Assembly (NCBI GenBank): GCA_050273025.1
Contig: CP158635.1
Coordinates: 29,636,001-29,700,000 of the forward strand
Origin: Cenococcum geophilum
Lineage: Eukaryota
DNA: 64,000 nt
Direction of reading: 5' to 3'
The notes below the pieces were generated by a model, which was not told the origin of the DNA, searched no databases, and saw only the letters and a list, made by a program, of their open reading frames with translations. The first letter of the stretch is position 1; every line of letters starts with the position of its first letter. Positions 11,601 to 23,632 of this stretch are shown here, in pieces. Position numbers and translations under genes: made by a program.

Positions 11601-14600
11601 TCTAAAGCTAAAGAAAGGAAAGGAGAAGAAGAGCAGCGCCGGTCGAAGTAGGGTTCTTTTATACGGTCCTCTAGTCACGTAACCGCGAAGTTCTGCCAAG
11701 TTCTGCCAGTGCCGTAACAGGTAACGTGCAATAGCGCCGTTACATTACCCCCCTCTTTAAAAGAGAGCCTGCCCTTAGGCTTAGTTAGAAATATAATAGC
11801 ACTAGGCTTATAAAACGTAAGATTACAAAATATAAGATAAGGAGGAAAGAAGATATAAGTACGTCCGGACTAAGTACTAAAAAGGCGACTGTGGGTTAAG
11901 TAAAAGCACTAGGCTAGGAAAAGTAGCCGCTAAAAGTCTTAGTAAGGATCTAACTAATTAAATAACTTTAACCGGCGATCGAAGTTCCTAGACATCTAAA
12001 GTTTTACGGTACTGGCAGAAAATGGCAGAATATAGTAGAAAACGGCAGACAGCTATATTAGGGCTTTGGGGCGTTCTTATCCCTATACTCCTTTAGTAAC
12101 TTATTATCTTTATTATACTAGCATTCCATCCACTTGTCTAAGTACTTTAGGGGTCTAGGTATATTAGGGTATTAGTTATAAAACTCTTTAAGCTTTTAGG
12201 GGCAGCCTATAAAGTTCTATATAGGGTACTAGGTTAGGTCCAAGTTATAGCCCTTCTATTAAATATAGTATTTTAATATTCCCCATACTATCTTACAGGC
12301 TAGTATTTCATTAACTTTCTATTCGTTGTTACTGTTTACTTAAATTGGCAGGGGAGCTCGTTTTTTTATCCGGGTAATAGGTTATTTATAGCTTTCCATA
12401 ACTTATCTAGTAAGAAGATAGGGTGCACCCTAATTAAATCCGGGAGCTTTACCTTATATAAGTTGCCTAACTTCTTAAGAACTTTATATAGTCCTGCTAT
12501 CTGGTAATCTAACTTACGGCTAGGTCGTTTAGTTTTTTAATTCTTTGTTATAACCTAGACTATATCGCTAGGGATAAAGTCGGGTTCTTAACGGTGTTTG
12601 TTTACCTACTGTTTTATTAACCTTTGGGCTTTTCTTAGGTTCTTATAGGCTACCGTCTAGGCTTCCTCTAAGCGTTTGGTGTACTGTTAGGCCTTATTAT
12701 AGAATAGCTTCTCTTATATAGTTTAGGGTTCTTCTGGCCTTTTCTAGTTAAAGCTTATGCGGGGTAAGTATCCTATTTTTAGCTAAATCAGGGCAAACCC
12801 TATAAAGTCGTAGGGTTGGGTTGCTTGGGCGTAGTCTATTAAAGGTAGTAGTTTAAACTAGTTATTCTAGAAGTAGTTAATAAAGGGCCTAAGCCTCTAG
12901 TCTAGGTACTAATTTATAATCTCCGTTTAACCGTCTATCTGGGGGTAGTAAGCTATAGAAAGCTTTAGCTTAATATTTAGGATCCGGGTAAACTTGTTCT
13001 AGAAGGCCGATATAAACTATAGCCCCTAATTAGACACGATAGTATCTAATAGTCCGTAAATTTAGTAGACGTAGTAGATATATAGCCGGGCTGCCTCTTT
13101 AGTATTAATGTTTTTATAATAGGGAATGGAGAACGGGCGTTTACTAAAGCGGTTAACTATAACTATAACTATATCGTATCCGTCACGGTCTATAGGTAGT
13201 TCGTGGAAGTCTATAGAAATATGCTGCTAAGGGCGCTCTAGTATTAGGAGTGGCTTAAGTAGTCCTAGGGTCTTGTTTCGTGGGGTTATAGCTCTTTAGC
13301 AGTCCTCGCAGTTCCATATATATTAATTAATATCCACAACTATTCTTAGCCAGTAGTAGCGGTAGTTAATAATTTTACGGGTCTTATTCTTGCCGGGGTA
13401 TACTATAGAGACTTAGTAATAAGCTTTGCGGATTAGTTCTATCCGTAGATTATCGACATTAGGGACTATAAGTCGCTTTTAGTATAGAAGCAATCCTTCC
13501 TCCGTTTTAAAATTGGGGTTTCCCTTTACGGCTTAATTATAGAGGGCCCTTAGGGCGTTAGCCGTGCGGTTTATAGCTAGGAGGCGGTTAATTAGCCCTA
13601 TTAGCTTATCTAAGGACTCCTCTATTAATGCTAGCTTATTTTACTAGGAGTTTAGCTCCTTAAGGATCCGCGGGTTGAGCTGCTCTAGATAGAGAAGAGC
13701 GCGCGTCTAATATTAGGTCTTTAGCTTATTCTAGGGTCCTATATCTTATTCTCTTCGGGTTAAGGTATTAGCCTTGGAGTTTTACTTGCTAGAACAATAT
13801 ATAATTATAAAGAAAAATTAGGAGAATATTTTAACCTAGCGGGCCTGTTATTTAGTAAGCTGCTTTATAGTTATAAAGTACTCTAGGGCTTTGTAATCTA
13901 TATATATCTTAATCTAGGAGTTTATACCTTTAAGCTCTACGCACTATTAGGAGAGTAATTAAATAATAGCTAGCATTTCTTTATTATATACTTCATAGTT
14001 ATACTTAGCCGGGTCTATTGTTTTTAAGAAGAAGGTAATAGGGTACTATTTACCGTCTAGATATAACTATAATAGGATTCCTGCTATAACCCTATTAGAG
14101 GCGTCCGTTTTTAGCATTAATTTAAAGTCTAAGTTATAGTAATAAAGGATTAGGGAAGAGATAAGCAAATCCTTTATCTCTTTAAAGGCTTCTATGCAGC
14201 TATTATTAAAGGTAAAAGGCGTGTCCTTCCTAGTTAGTTATATAAGAGGTTTTGCTATAATTCTATAGTTATAGATAAACTGGTAGTAGAAGTTATAAAA
14301 GCTAAGGAAGAATTAGATTCCTTTTACTATATAAGGGGGCTTTTAGTTGCGGATTACCTCTACCTTCTTAGAGTTAACCTTAATTCCTTTTATAATTACA
14401 ATAAACCCGAGGTACTTTATATGTTTTACCCCAAACTTGCATTTCTTAATATTAACTTATAAGCCCGCGTTCCGTAGTCTCTTTAGGACCTTCTTAATAT
14501 AAACTTAATACTTAAGTTCGTCGCCTAAGTATATAAGAATATTGTCTAGGTCTATGTAGAATTCATTTAGGTAATTAAAAAGAATATAATTTATATACCT

Positions 14601-17600
14601 TAGGTACGTAGCTAGTCCGTTTATTAGTCTAAAAGGAAGAACTTTGTATTTATAGGAGCCATAACGGGTACGGAACGTAGTTAAATCTTTAGATGTGGGG
14701 TCTATCCTAATTTAGTAAAAAGCTTAACGGATATTAAGTTTGGTAAAGATCTTTACCTAGCTTAAATATATAAGGGTCTTATTAATTAAAGAAATAGGAT
14801 ACTAATCCTTTTAAGTAATAGCGTTTAGCTTTTAATAGTTAATGCAAAAGCGGAGGCCTCTATTAGGCTTTTTTACAAATAGGATAGGGGAAGTAAAAGG
14901 GGTTTAACTTAGCTTAATAAACCCTTTATCTAGATTATTAATTAAGTACTACTTTATTACTTTTAGCTTATCTATTAATTATTAGTAGAGGGGGCTATAA
15001 CCTAGCGAGTTATTAGCTTCTAATTAAATTTTATAATTATACGTCCGGTAAGGAGGTAACTTATCTAAAGCCGCCTTTAAGAATATATCCTTATAATCTA
15101 TATAAATAGTAAAAAGGAGGCGTTTAACTAGTTCCTCGTTAGTTTCCTTAGCTGGCTCTTCCTCCCTATTATTAATAATTTGGTTAATTTTATATAGGCT
15201 CGTTATAAAGACCTTATTATCCTTCTGGTATATATTAAAGTGGAACGCTATAGCGCTAATTACGGCAATATTTACGGCGGGGGGGTTACCTAACAATAGG
15301 GGCGTATATAACTTTAGGGACTTTCAGGGTACTAGCGTTATTATTACTCCTTTTAGCTCCTATTATATCTTTCGGAGGTTATCCCTTATATTTTATTAAT
15401 GCGTTTTTTTCTATACTAGTTAGATCTACGCAATTTAGATATTATTTATATTACTATCTATCCCGCTTCTATATATAGAGTCCTCTTTAAATATAGCGCT
15501 TTAGGAGAGTATCTTTATTAGTACGGAGTTCTTTCTAGCTTTATAGCGGGCGTCCTCTTAGGTAAAGGCTAGGTCACGGGCCTGGATATCCTACTAGTAG
15601 GTAGGGTTAGCCCTTACGGCTAGTGTCTTATGGTCGGTTTAGATCTCCCTAATAAAGGAGGGTAACCTTAATCTATCCTCTAGCTAGACAAACTGTCTTT
15701 ATTACACGTTTAACTAAATATTAAAATAGGATATCTATTTTCGTCTAAGGATTATATTGTGGGACCCTAGGTCTAGAATGTAAAAGGGAATACCGTATTA
15801 GCGTCGTCCGTTAAGAGCGATATATAACTTTAAGACGTGGGTAACAGGCTAACCGGCTTAGCTATTATAGCCCTTTACCTAGATAGGCTTCTCTAGTCGG
15901 AAGCTTCTATATTTAGAAACTTAGTAATATTATTCGCATAGGTAGTATTTATAAAGGCGAAGCTATTTACTCCAGTGTTAATAAGAGCGGTTGTATTTAC
16001 TTTATATCTATTTTAAGATACTATATATAGAACGGTAAAATGCTTTCTACCTATTAACTAACTAAGATTAATCTCTTTAAGATTAATAGGGTACTTTAGG
16101 GGGGAGTCTTTTCCTAGGGTTCTTCTTTTCCTAACTTATTAGATGTTTCTCCTTCCTCTATCTCCTTAATATCGCCTATATCCTTTAGCTCCGGGCAAGA
16201 TAAGGCAAAGTAACTCTCCTTATTATAGTTATAGCATATAGCCGAGGCAGGGTTGATTAGAGTATTACAGTAAATACTAGTTAATAATGTGGTACGTAGT
16301 TAGTTAGGCGTCGCTCGCCGGTACGTATTTATAACCGCTTTTAGTGTAAGAGTAGTTATAGCTTATCTTCCTGCTCTAGCTTCTATAGGTGTGGCTAGTG
16401 AGTTCTAATTACTATAGAGTTACTTCTGCCGATTAGAACGGGCTTTAATTTGCTTTAGTTCTAAGTCTAATAATAGGTAATAAGCTATAAGTCTATTATA
16501 AGTTAGTAGGTTATTTAAGGTTATAGCGATCTTCTTTTATAGCTAAATTGTTAGCTTATTGTATAGGTCTAATTAGTAGTTCTTAAGGGGAACCTGGCCT
16601 TCTCCTATAAGGTATAGAAATTAAGTCTAGAATTTAGCAAAGGGTTAGTTCAGTTTTATTATTAGGCGATTATAGTTATACTAGGCGTCCCGTACTTTGT
16701 TTAGGTTAATATAGATAGCCGCTAAGTGCCCGTATTATCTCGTTAATAGATATAAATTAGATAGGGGAGTTATCCTCAAACTTAGCTTAAAGGTATTGTT
16801 AGGCGTCCCTAGTGGTTTAACTAAAGAGGTAGAGCATTTTAGCTTCTTTAGAAAGGAAATGGTTGTGGTTAACGTGGAGCTTTCCTTATACTTAAATCCT
16901 CTAATTCTTAAAGGTGGGGTCTATCCCGTTAGATAGTGGTAGGGGGTTAGGGAGCTTAACGGACTTTAATTACTTCGTTATTATATCCGTACTCCCTAGT
17001 GTATCGTATTTAGTAGAGTAAACAGGTCGGCTAGGGCTTTAAGAAGGGAAAGCTGGGCTATTTTATAGGGCCGCGAGGCTTTCTAGGATCTCTTATAGGG
17101 TCTCTTATATATTTCTTGCTTTAAGACGATCGGCTTCCTAGCTGGCTACAAGGACGCGAATCTGCTTATGTACATCTATAACGTCATCATTGTCTTTGAT
17201 TTCTGATCCTAATTAGATCTCAGGTTCCTTTTAGGTAAAGGCAGCTCTCTTAAATAAGCTTACTTTAGGTGCCATTATTAGCTTCCTAAGGTTTATTAGT
17301 ATTATACGCTTTGGTTTTAATTCTAGGGGTATAGGTCTAGTCCTATTTAGCTTATAAGGTGGGATATTATCTAGGCCTTCCTAGGTAATATAAAGTTATT
17401 TTAATGTTTAAGTATAGTATATTAATGCGTTGTTGCAGACGAAGTTTCTTTAGGGTGGGATATTATTAAGGCCTTTCTAGGTAAAGTAGGGTAAGCTAGT
17501 ATAATATCACGGCTTATACAAATGCCTCTAAACCGAAGCTTGTAGAATGCTGTATTATAAAGATACTAAGCTAAGGAGAAGGAAAAGGGGTTACTAGAAC

Positions 17601-17714
17601 TAATGTAAACAAATATATAGGGCAAGCCGCCAAGGCGCTAGCTTTGGGCAAGCCAATTATAGGTTGGCAGAATATGGCAGAATTTGGTAGGTAACGTGCA
17701 ATAGCGCCGTTACA
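5680..17714 (-). mobile_element. Chromoviral Ty3/Gypsy element B (gag-PR-RT-RH-IN-chromodomain, RIP-dead)
   Basis: 210-bp LTRs at 17505-17714 and 5680-5869+11725-11744; TSD ATACC; PPT at 11745-11756; RT, integrase and chromodomain remnants on minus strand. Confidence 0.93.
5870..11719 (-). mobile_element. Chromoviral Ty3/Gypsy element A inserted in the 3' LTR of element B
   Basis: ~200-bp LTRs at 5870-6070 and 11520-11719; TSD GGTAA; PPT at 6071-6084; AYLD(N<D)II RT motif near 8600; chromodomain remnant near 6200-6370. Confidence 0.95.
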
Positions 17715-18345
17715 ATACCGAAATTAAATAACTTTAAGAGCTGCTTAAAGCTAGAGAATCCCCTATACCTAGTAAAGAGTTATTAAATACCTAGAGACTT
17801 GCTATAGTCCTTAATGCCCTAGCCTAATATATAGTATTAGTATGTTATGGTCCGCGAAGGATATAGACCCCTTATTGCTTATAGATAGAACCAACCCTAT
17901 ATTTAATAATTAGAAGCTTTAATTATAGAATAAGCTTAAAGTTAATATAGACTACTTCCCTGTTACTTAGGCTAAAGTAGCCTATGTCTTTAGCTGTACC
18001 AGCGGGGATATATAGACGCACCTATGTCCGTAATATGTATAGGACTTAGTAGATTCCTTCCTCTCTAAAAAAGAGATAATTATTTACCTATCTTCTATTT
18101 ATAAGGACCCCTTTAAAGTATAAAACGCCTAACTTAATTATAAAAGCCTAAATATAAAAACGATAGAGACTTTCTTAGCCTTTTAAACCCGCTTTCTGCA
18201 CTTAGCCGGCTAGGCTTAAATTCCCTAGGAAGATTTAATGCTAGACCTATTTAATAAGCTTACCCTAGACCTGTAGCGAGCCGTACTACTAGTTTTTACT
18301 ACTATATAGACGCTAAAGGAACTTATAGACTAGTACTTAATTATT

Positions 18346-20428
18346 AGGCTATAGAGACACACTTACTATACCTAGCTTAGCGCTAAGTATAAAGAATAGA
18401 GACCTACTTTTAATATTCTTAATATAAGCTATAAGATTATTTCTCTTCTACCTCTAGTAAGGTCTAGTGCCCTCAAGGTTCCATATATGCTGTATAATCT
18501 TATTTAGCAACTAGCTACCCCTATTACTATTTATAAGATTACTAAGCTTATTTAAAAATAGACTATTTTTATTTAATTAGCCGTAAAGGAAGCGGGTGGC
18601 GTTAAGAGCTTACTCTCTTATAATCTGATTAAACACATAGTAGCGAAATAAGGGGTGGCAGCTAAACCGACCGTCTTAATACTTAAGCATATGCTTAGCG
18701 TACGCAGCTAGGGTAACTATACGGCTTTATAGCATATTAAAATCGGCTTTACTATAAGGAAATAGAGTAGGAAAGGCGCCGCGCATAATAAAGCTAGCTA
18801 ATCGCTTAGAGAGAGGTGTCTATTATATAGTGGGAACCTCTAGGCCTACTTATAGGTCCTATTAGTGTTAAACCTCGCGACCCAAAAGCTCTAATTTATT
18901 AAGGTTAGGTACTAGATTAGGAACCAAAGTATCTAGTATATCGTTATTAAATTTACCGTCTAGTATATTACTGCCAAGCTTAGTAGGCAGAGGATTAATA
19001 GCAGAAGGACGTTATATAGGAGCAGTAGGGTAAGCTGTTAGGCCACTATAATTAGACTCTAACTTATTAATATAATGTAGCTAATTTAATATAGAGCTAT
19101 TTTTGGGTAAGCTAGTAAGCTAAGTGCTATATATTTTAACGTCGCGATAATTAGGATAATTAGCCTTTAGAAAGTAAAGCTACAGTAATATAGTAGAGCG
19201 CCTTACGGTATACCGTTTAGTAAACCGCCAACTTAGGTATTTGTCACTATCTACTACCGTAGGCCTTACGACTAGTATATTAAGTTTAGTAGGTAGCCGT
19301 AGTAGCTGCTTCTAAGTCTTTAATATATTCTAGCTAAAGCAGCAGATATAGCCAGTATAGCGATATTGCTGGCCGCGTATACGCACGACTTATAGATAAA
19401 CGTATACGCGCGCAATTAGAAGCTCCTTTACTGCGATAAGTATAGGTAGGAAGCTAGGAATAGGCCCTAGATTAAGCCTATTACCTTTACTAAATAGGGG
19501 AGAAAGGGTTAGATTTTTAAGATTATTAGCGTCCTTAATATAGGCTTTATATATACCTATATTATTACCCTTTATAGCAAGGCCTATTTAGAACTACTAC
19601 TCCTTATAATAACTGCACGTCTCTATACATTTAGCCTATAGTATACTCCTAAACTTCTTAATTTGCTCCCAATTAATAGCTAAAATAAGTAGTGGTGTGG
19701 CCGTAGTTGGAGTAGGTATTAGTAGTAGAGTAGGCATAGGAGCTAGTTCCTGTAAGGACGTATTTAGGCCATCTAGAGTGCCTCTTCTACTGTATAGAGC
19801 TTTATCTATAGTATATAGCGGAGGAGTAGGTAAATAAACTTTACCCCGCCGATTAAGAATACGGTGCTCCCGTTATATTACCCTAATTATTTTCCGCCGT
19901 TAAGCTATTTTAGGGGTATCTTAGCTATTCTGGCCATAAGGTAGGAAGGTGTTCTCGGTATCTTTTTTAGGTAGAGTAGTTCGCTAACGCCTTATAGGAT
20001 AAGTCTTAGTAGCAAAACCTAGCTCTATAAGAGCTCTTTACTTATTTAAATTATATTTGGAGATCTAAAAAAGTAAGTAAAAGTAGAAGTAATATATAGG
20101 GAAGACGCGCCTTTGACCGATATAACTGGCATAGCTTTGAAAGCTTCTTTAAAGGGCCATCTTTAATAAAGTTAAGGCGGGGCTTATAGATATGGCACTT
20201 ACTACACTTAATTACAGTAGGATCTACTATATAGCAGTATTAATAGAAGTATTAACAAAAAGGAAGGTGTAATACTAAGATATTTTAATGTTTATAATAT
20301 TTTAATGTTTGTTACGTAAATTCTGCCATAACTTACCGCGCGTGGTTTTGTTTCTAACCAATTAGAAGCTAGCTTAGCAAAGTTTGAATTCTAGGACCCA
20401 AAAATATAGACCACTCGTACCTTAGGTC
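18346..20428 (-). mobile_element. Helitron fragment (DUF6570-like region plus Helitron_like_N Rep N-terminus), 3'-truncated
   Basis: Reverted reading GP.PSFLP.LTAVEELLIARVHV.LQVVRIRGQQYRYTGHICCF and YAKHMLKY.DGRF..HP.FRYYVFNQI...GTRPYW. Confidence 0.85.
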
Positions 20429-21120
20429 AATAACCCACTCTTAATTGCCTAGCTATATTATTTAAGGCTAGCTAGCCCTATTAGTTCCTATAATAACTTT
20501 TATAGTTATAATAACGCCTATTTAGAAGCCGATTTTATTAAAATTCTAAATATCTTTATTAAGAATGCCGTATTAAATCTTTATATCTTAAACGCGCTTA
20601 AACTAAGCTCGAATAAGTATAGGATCTTCGCACTTAATATACTAGTAGTTATACTTGCAATTAAACTACAATTTTAGGCTATTATAGTGGTTAATATATT
20701 TCTATATCTAATTCTTACTAATAGGTTATAAAGTAGCTAGTAATACGTTTTAGGTAGCTAGAATAGCACCTATCTACCCTATAGTTGCAATCTAGGGCAG
20801 TATACCGCGTTAATCTATTAATAAAATCTACTACTTAAGAGCCTCTTCTTGTACGAGTGCAAGGAGTTAATTTTTGGGTATAGAATCGCGTTTTAATTTG
20901 ATGCCTTTAACGCGTAGTTAGGCGGTGCTTTAGGGCACATCGTAGGTAGTAATAGCTGCTCGGAAACTTGGAATTTGGCCCTACTTGTGCGCCTAAATAG
21001 CTAGATTAATTCTGCCCTCTCGAAAAAGGGCTTCTTGTTGTTGTGGTGTAGCCATTGACGCAGTAGCTAAGTAACGCGCCGCGTTTTGGGTTGGGTGGCC
21101 AGCTTGGGGGTGGATTACGT
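20429..21120 (-). mobile_element. Fot1/pogo transposon 5' end: TIR plus N-terminal transposase (HTH, CENP-B-type HTH, start of DDE)
   Basis: Minus strand begins ta|ACGTAATCCACC; ATG at 21055; reverted reading MATPQQEALFREGRINLAI...IWNFDETGFQMG...PGNREWV. Confidence 0.9.
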
Positions 21121-21122
21121 TA

Positions 21123-22736
21123 CAGTCCCTCGTCAAAAGTCTCCGTGCGAGCGCCTTTTTTAGACAACCCACCTTGCTAAATTACCATATAATAACCACA
21201 TAATTAATTCTAAAGCTATAAAAAATATTTTAAGTTTATATTATATATAAAATCTAGCTATTATACCCTTTTTTGAAATTTAAAACCTATAACTCCTTTA
21301 GAAATTCTATTAATTCTTTACTAAAATCTATAATCTATAATCTATATTTTCTACTACTAAATATTAAAATTAATTTTTAAAAATTTAATATATTACAGAT
21401 ATTCACTTTTACTATAACTTTTTTTATTTAAAATTTTATTTTAAAAGTATGAAAGTTTATTATAACCCTTTAAACCCTTAATTTTTCAAATTTGTATGGG
21501 AAATTGCATTTTTTTACTCTTTTTTAAGTCTATAACCTTATAACAATTTTTTATACTTTTTAAATAAAAATTAAAGTAGAGAGAGTTTTAGTAAAAGCAA
21601 ATTTCTATAAGATATTAAATTTTTAAGAAATATTTTTAATATCTAGTAATAGAAAATATATAATAATAATTCATTGCTTAACGTCCAATTTAGATCCCTA
21701 TTGGGCCCACGCGGACTACTCCTTATTTACATATAGGGAGAAAACTCTATTTAAGAAAAATGAGAAAACCCCGTGATCCATCTCCCCGCCTTTTAGGACT
21801 CGCCTACTTAGCGCCTACAAGTCGCCTATAGTGCTCTACTACCTTACTATTTAATCTCCTTAGGAACCACTGCTGCCGTAACAAGCCTACGGACGCGCTA
21901 GTATTATAAACTATTACTCTACTACTGTAGAGTTACTAGGGGGCACCTATTACTTGCCCCCTTGCCTTTTATTACTATTTCCCTTGCAACCTGGAACTAA
22001 TTTAGCACATTTTAACTAATAAGCCACTAGGTGACCGCCTTAAGGCCTTTTTATATTAAGAGCAGTGTATTATAGTTCTCTATGCCAGCTGCTGAGAGTA
22101 TTATTTCTTAATTGGTGCGTAGGGGGTATAGCAGTATTACGTGTTTTAGTGTCTGTTTTGGCCAGCCACATTCATATCTTAGGCTACCTACTAGGACACC
22201 CACCCAGTAAAGCCAATCTTTTAGTCCTATTATTCCTATTCTTAAGAGTGTTGCTATTATATTTTCTGCCTTTGTTAGGCCTTCTCGGAGCCCTTAGGTA
22301 TTTACCCCCCATGGCGTTGACTATGCTATGGCTTGGGTTCGTCTTGCCTAAGTCAGCCTCTATACCTTCGACTCCCATTCGCCTCTCCAGCGTTGGTCCA
22401 ACCAGTATTGCATTGCGGTAGATGGTTTCCCGGCGTTCTTGCGTGTTCTACTTTGGCTCCTTTCTCTGTCTTGCTGTCTTTGCTGACCTCTAATAGAAAA
22501 TATATACTAAGTATAGTAAGTTTTAATAGGAAGGCGGTAAAACCTAGAGGCTTTTAACAAAGGACTATAGATTTTAAATACTAAAAAAGTATCGCGATTA
22601 CTAGATTATATATCTATAAGTAGCTTTAGATGTTTTTTTAAGCTCTAGAATTAATTATGTAACTTTTATATAGCATTTTGGCAAAAAGTGTCATTTTTGG
22701 CGTGACCTCGGCACGGACACTTTTGACGTGGTACTG
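21123..22736. mobile_element. Non-autonomous Tc1/mariner-type element (MITE-like), AT-rich core
   Basis: 26-bp imperfect TIRs CAGTCCCTCGTCAAAAGTCTCCGTGC / GCACGGACACTTTTGACGTGGTACTG; TA on both flanks. Confidence 0.85.
21661..22490 (-). mobile_element. 5'-truncated Tad1-like LINE copy inserted in the MITE
   Basis: TSD TAATAGAAAATATA (21647-21660 / 22491-22504); (TAA)n tail; ORF2 C-terminal CCHC remnant. Confidence 0.88.
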
Positions 22737-22766
22737 TACTACTACTTCTAAATTAAGCAAAAGCTC

Positions 22767-22946
22767 TACAAGGGGGCTACCTGAGCGGGCTGCCGCCCGC
22801 TCCCCGCAAGTTTTGTAGCATTTTAGTCGTATCCACACTATTTTCGTAGAGATTACTATATTGCCACAAACTTGCAGGGAGTGTGCCGGCAGCCCGCTTA
22901 GGTGGCCCCCTTGCATATAGGGGGGTCCCAGGGGGTCTCCCCCTGG
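22767..22946. repeat. GC-rich ~54-bp inverted repeat (22767-22820 / 22862-22915) followed by an 8-bp-stem hairpin (22928-22946)
   Basis: Arms CAAGGGGGCTACCTGAGCGGGCTGCCG... / ...CGGCAGCCCGCTTAGGTGGCCCCCTTG; hairpin CCAGGGGG-TCT-CCCCCTGG. Confidence 0.8.
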
Positions 22947-23632
22947 AAAACCTTATCTCTATATATATTAATTAAAGTCTATATAATAAAGCTCTAAATT
23001 AAAGCTTCGGGTTAATTGATTGGCTTATTACTTATAAACTCGGGTCAAAATTTTCGTTGGGGGGTACCAACGATCCGCATGTTACCCTTTCTCCGTGGTG
23101 CCGACCGGGTCGACTTTTGAGGTTTTACGGGTGAGAGTGACCAGGGGTGAGGGCGGTGACAGGGGTGACACGCCTCAGGGCAGGGTTCGACGCAGTGTTG
23201 GAGCCTCCAAAGCAGCGTCCAAACCATCCGAATTTGGATGCTCCAACACCAAAACCCCAATTATAGCTAGTAAAGGCTGAAAAGCTTCGCTTGACTGCGG
23301 CCTCCCGCCCAGAGATCTAGCCCCTTTGCAACACGCTTATCGAAGCCTCCGATACCGACACTGCGACCGCCGACCAATTGTTGGCTTGAACTGAGAGCTT
23401 TTAGGCATTCTATATATATTGCATCTGCAGCCAGGTTCCGAACCGTCACAGTTGCATCCCCTGCATAAACACGTTAGCCATTTAGGGACTACGTTTCAGC
23501 TGCTTGCTCACAGCCTGATCAGAAGTAAATCGCGCGCGACTTTTACTTCGCTTCGTTCTCCTCTCGACTCTAGGTAACGCGATCATAGACTGCTTTAACC
23601 CTGTCCTCGGTTCCAATCGCGAGGAGCTCAGC

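Larger units (their letters stand above)
5105..18345 (+). mobile_element. Gypsy element C: 5' LTR (5105-5390) plus partial gag (5391-5679 and 17720-~18345), relative of element A, 3'-truncated
   Basis: LTR and gag match the reverse complement of element A's 5' end (11719->~10580); the sequence resumes exactly after element B's TSD. Confidence 0.85.
1300..23040. other. RIP-mutated AT-rich repeat block
   Basis: Strong TpA excess with CpA/TpG depletion; TE reading frames full of TAA/TAG stops at Gln/Trp positions; sharp boundaries. Confidence 0.95.

Noticed and set aside
3126..22557. Short ORFs from the track within the RIP block
   Set aside because: Stop-free fragments or antisense frames of dead TE genes, not independent genes
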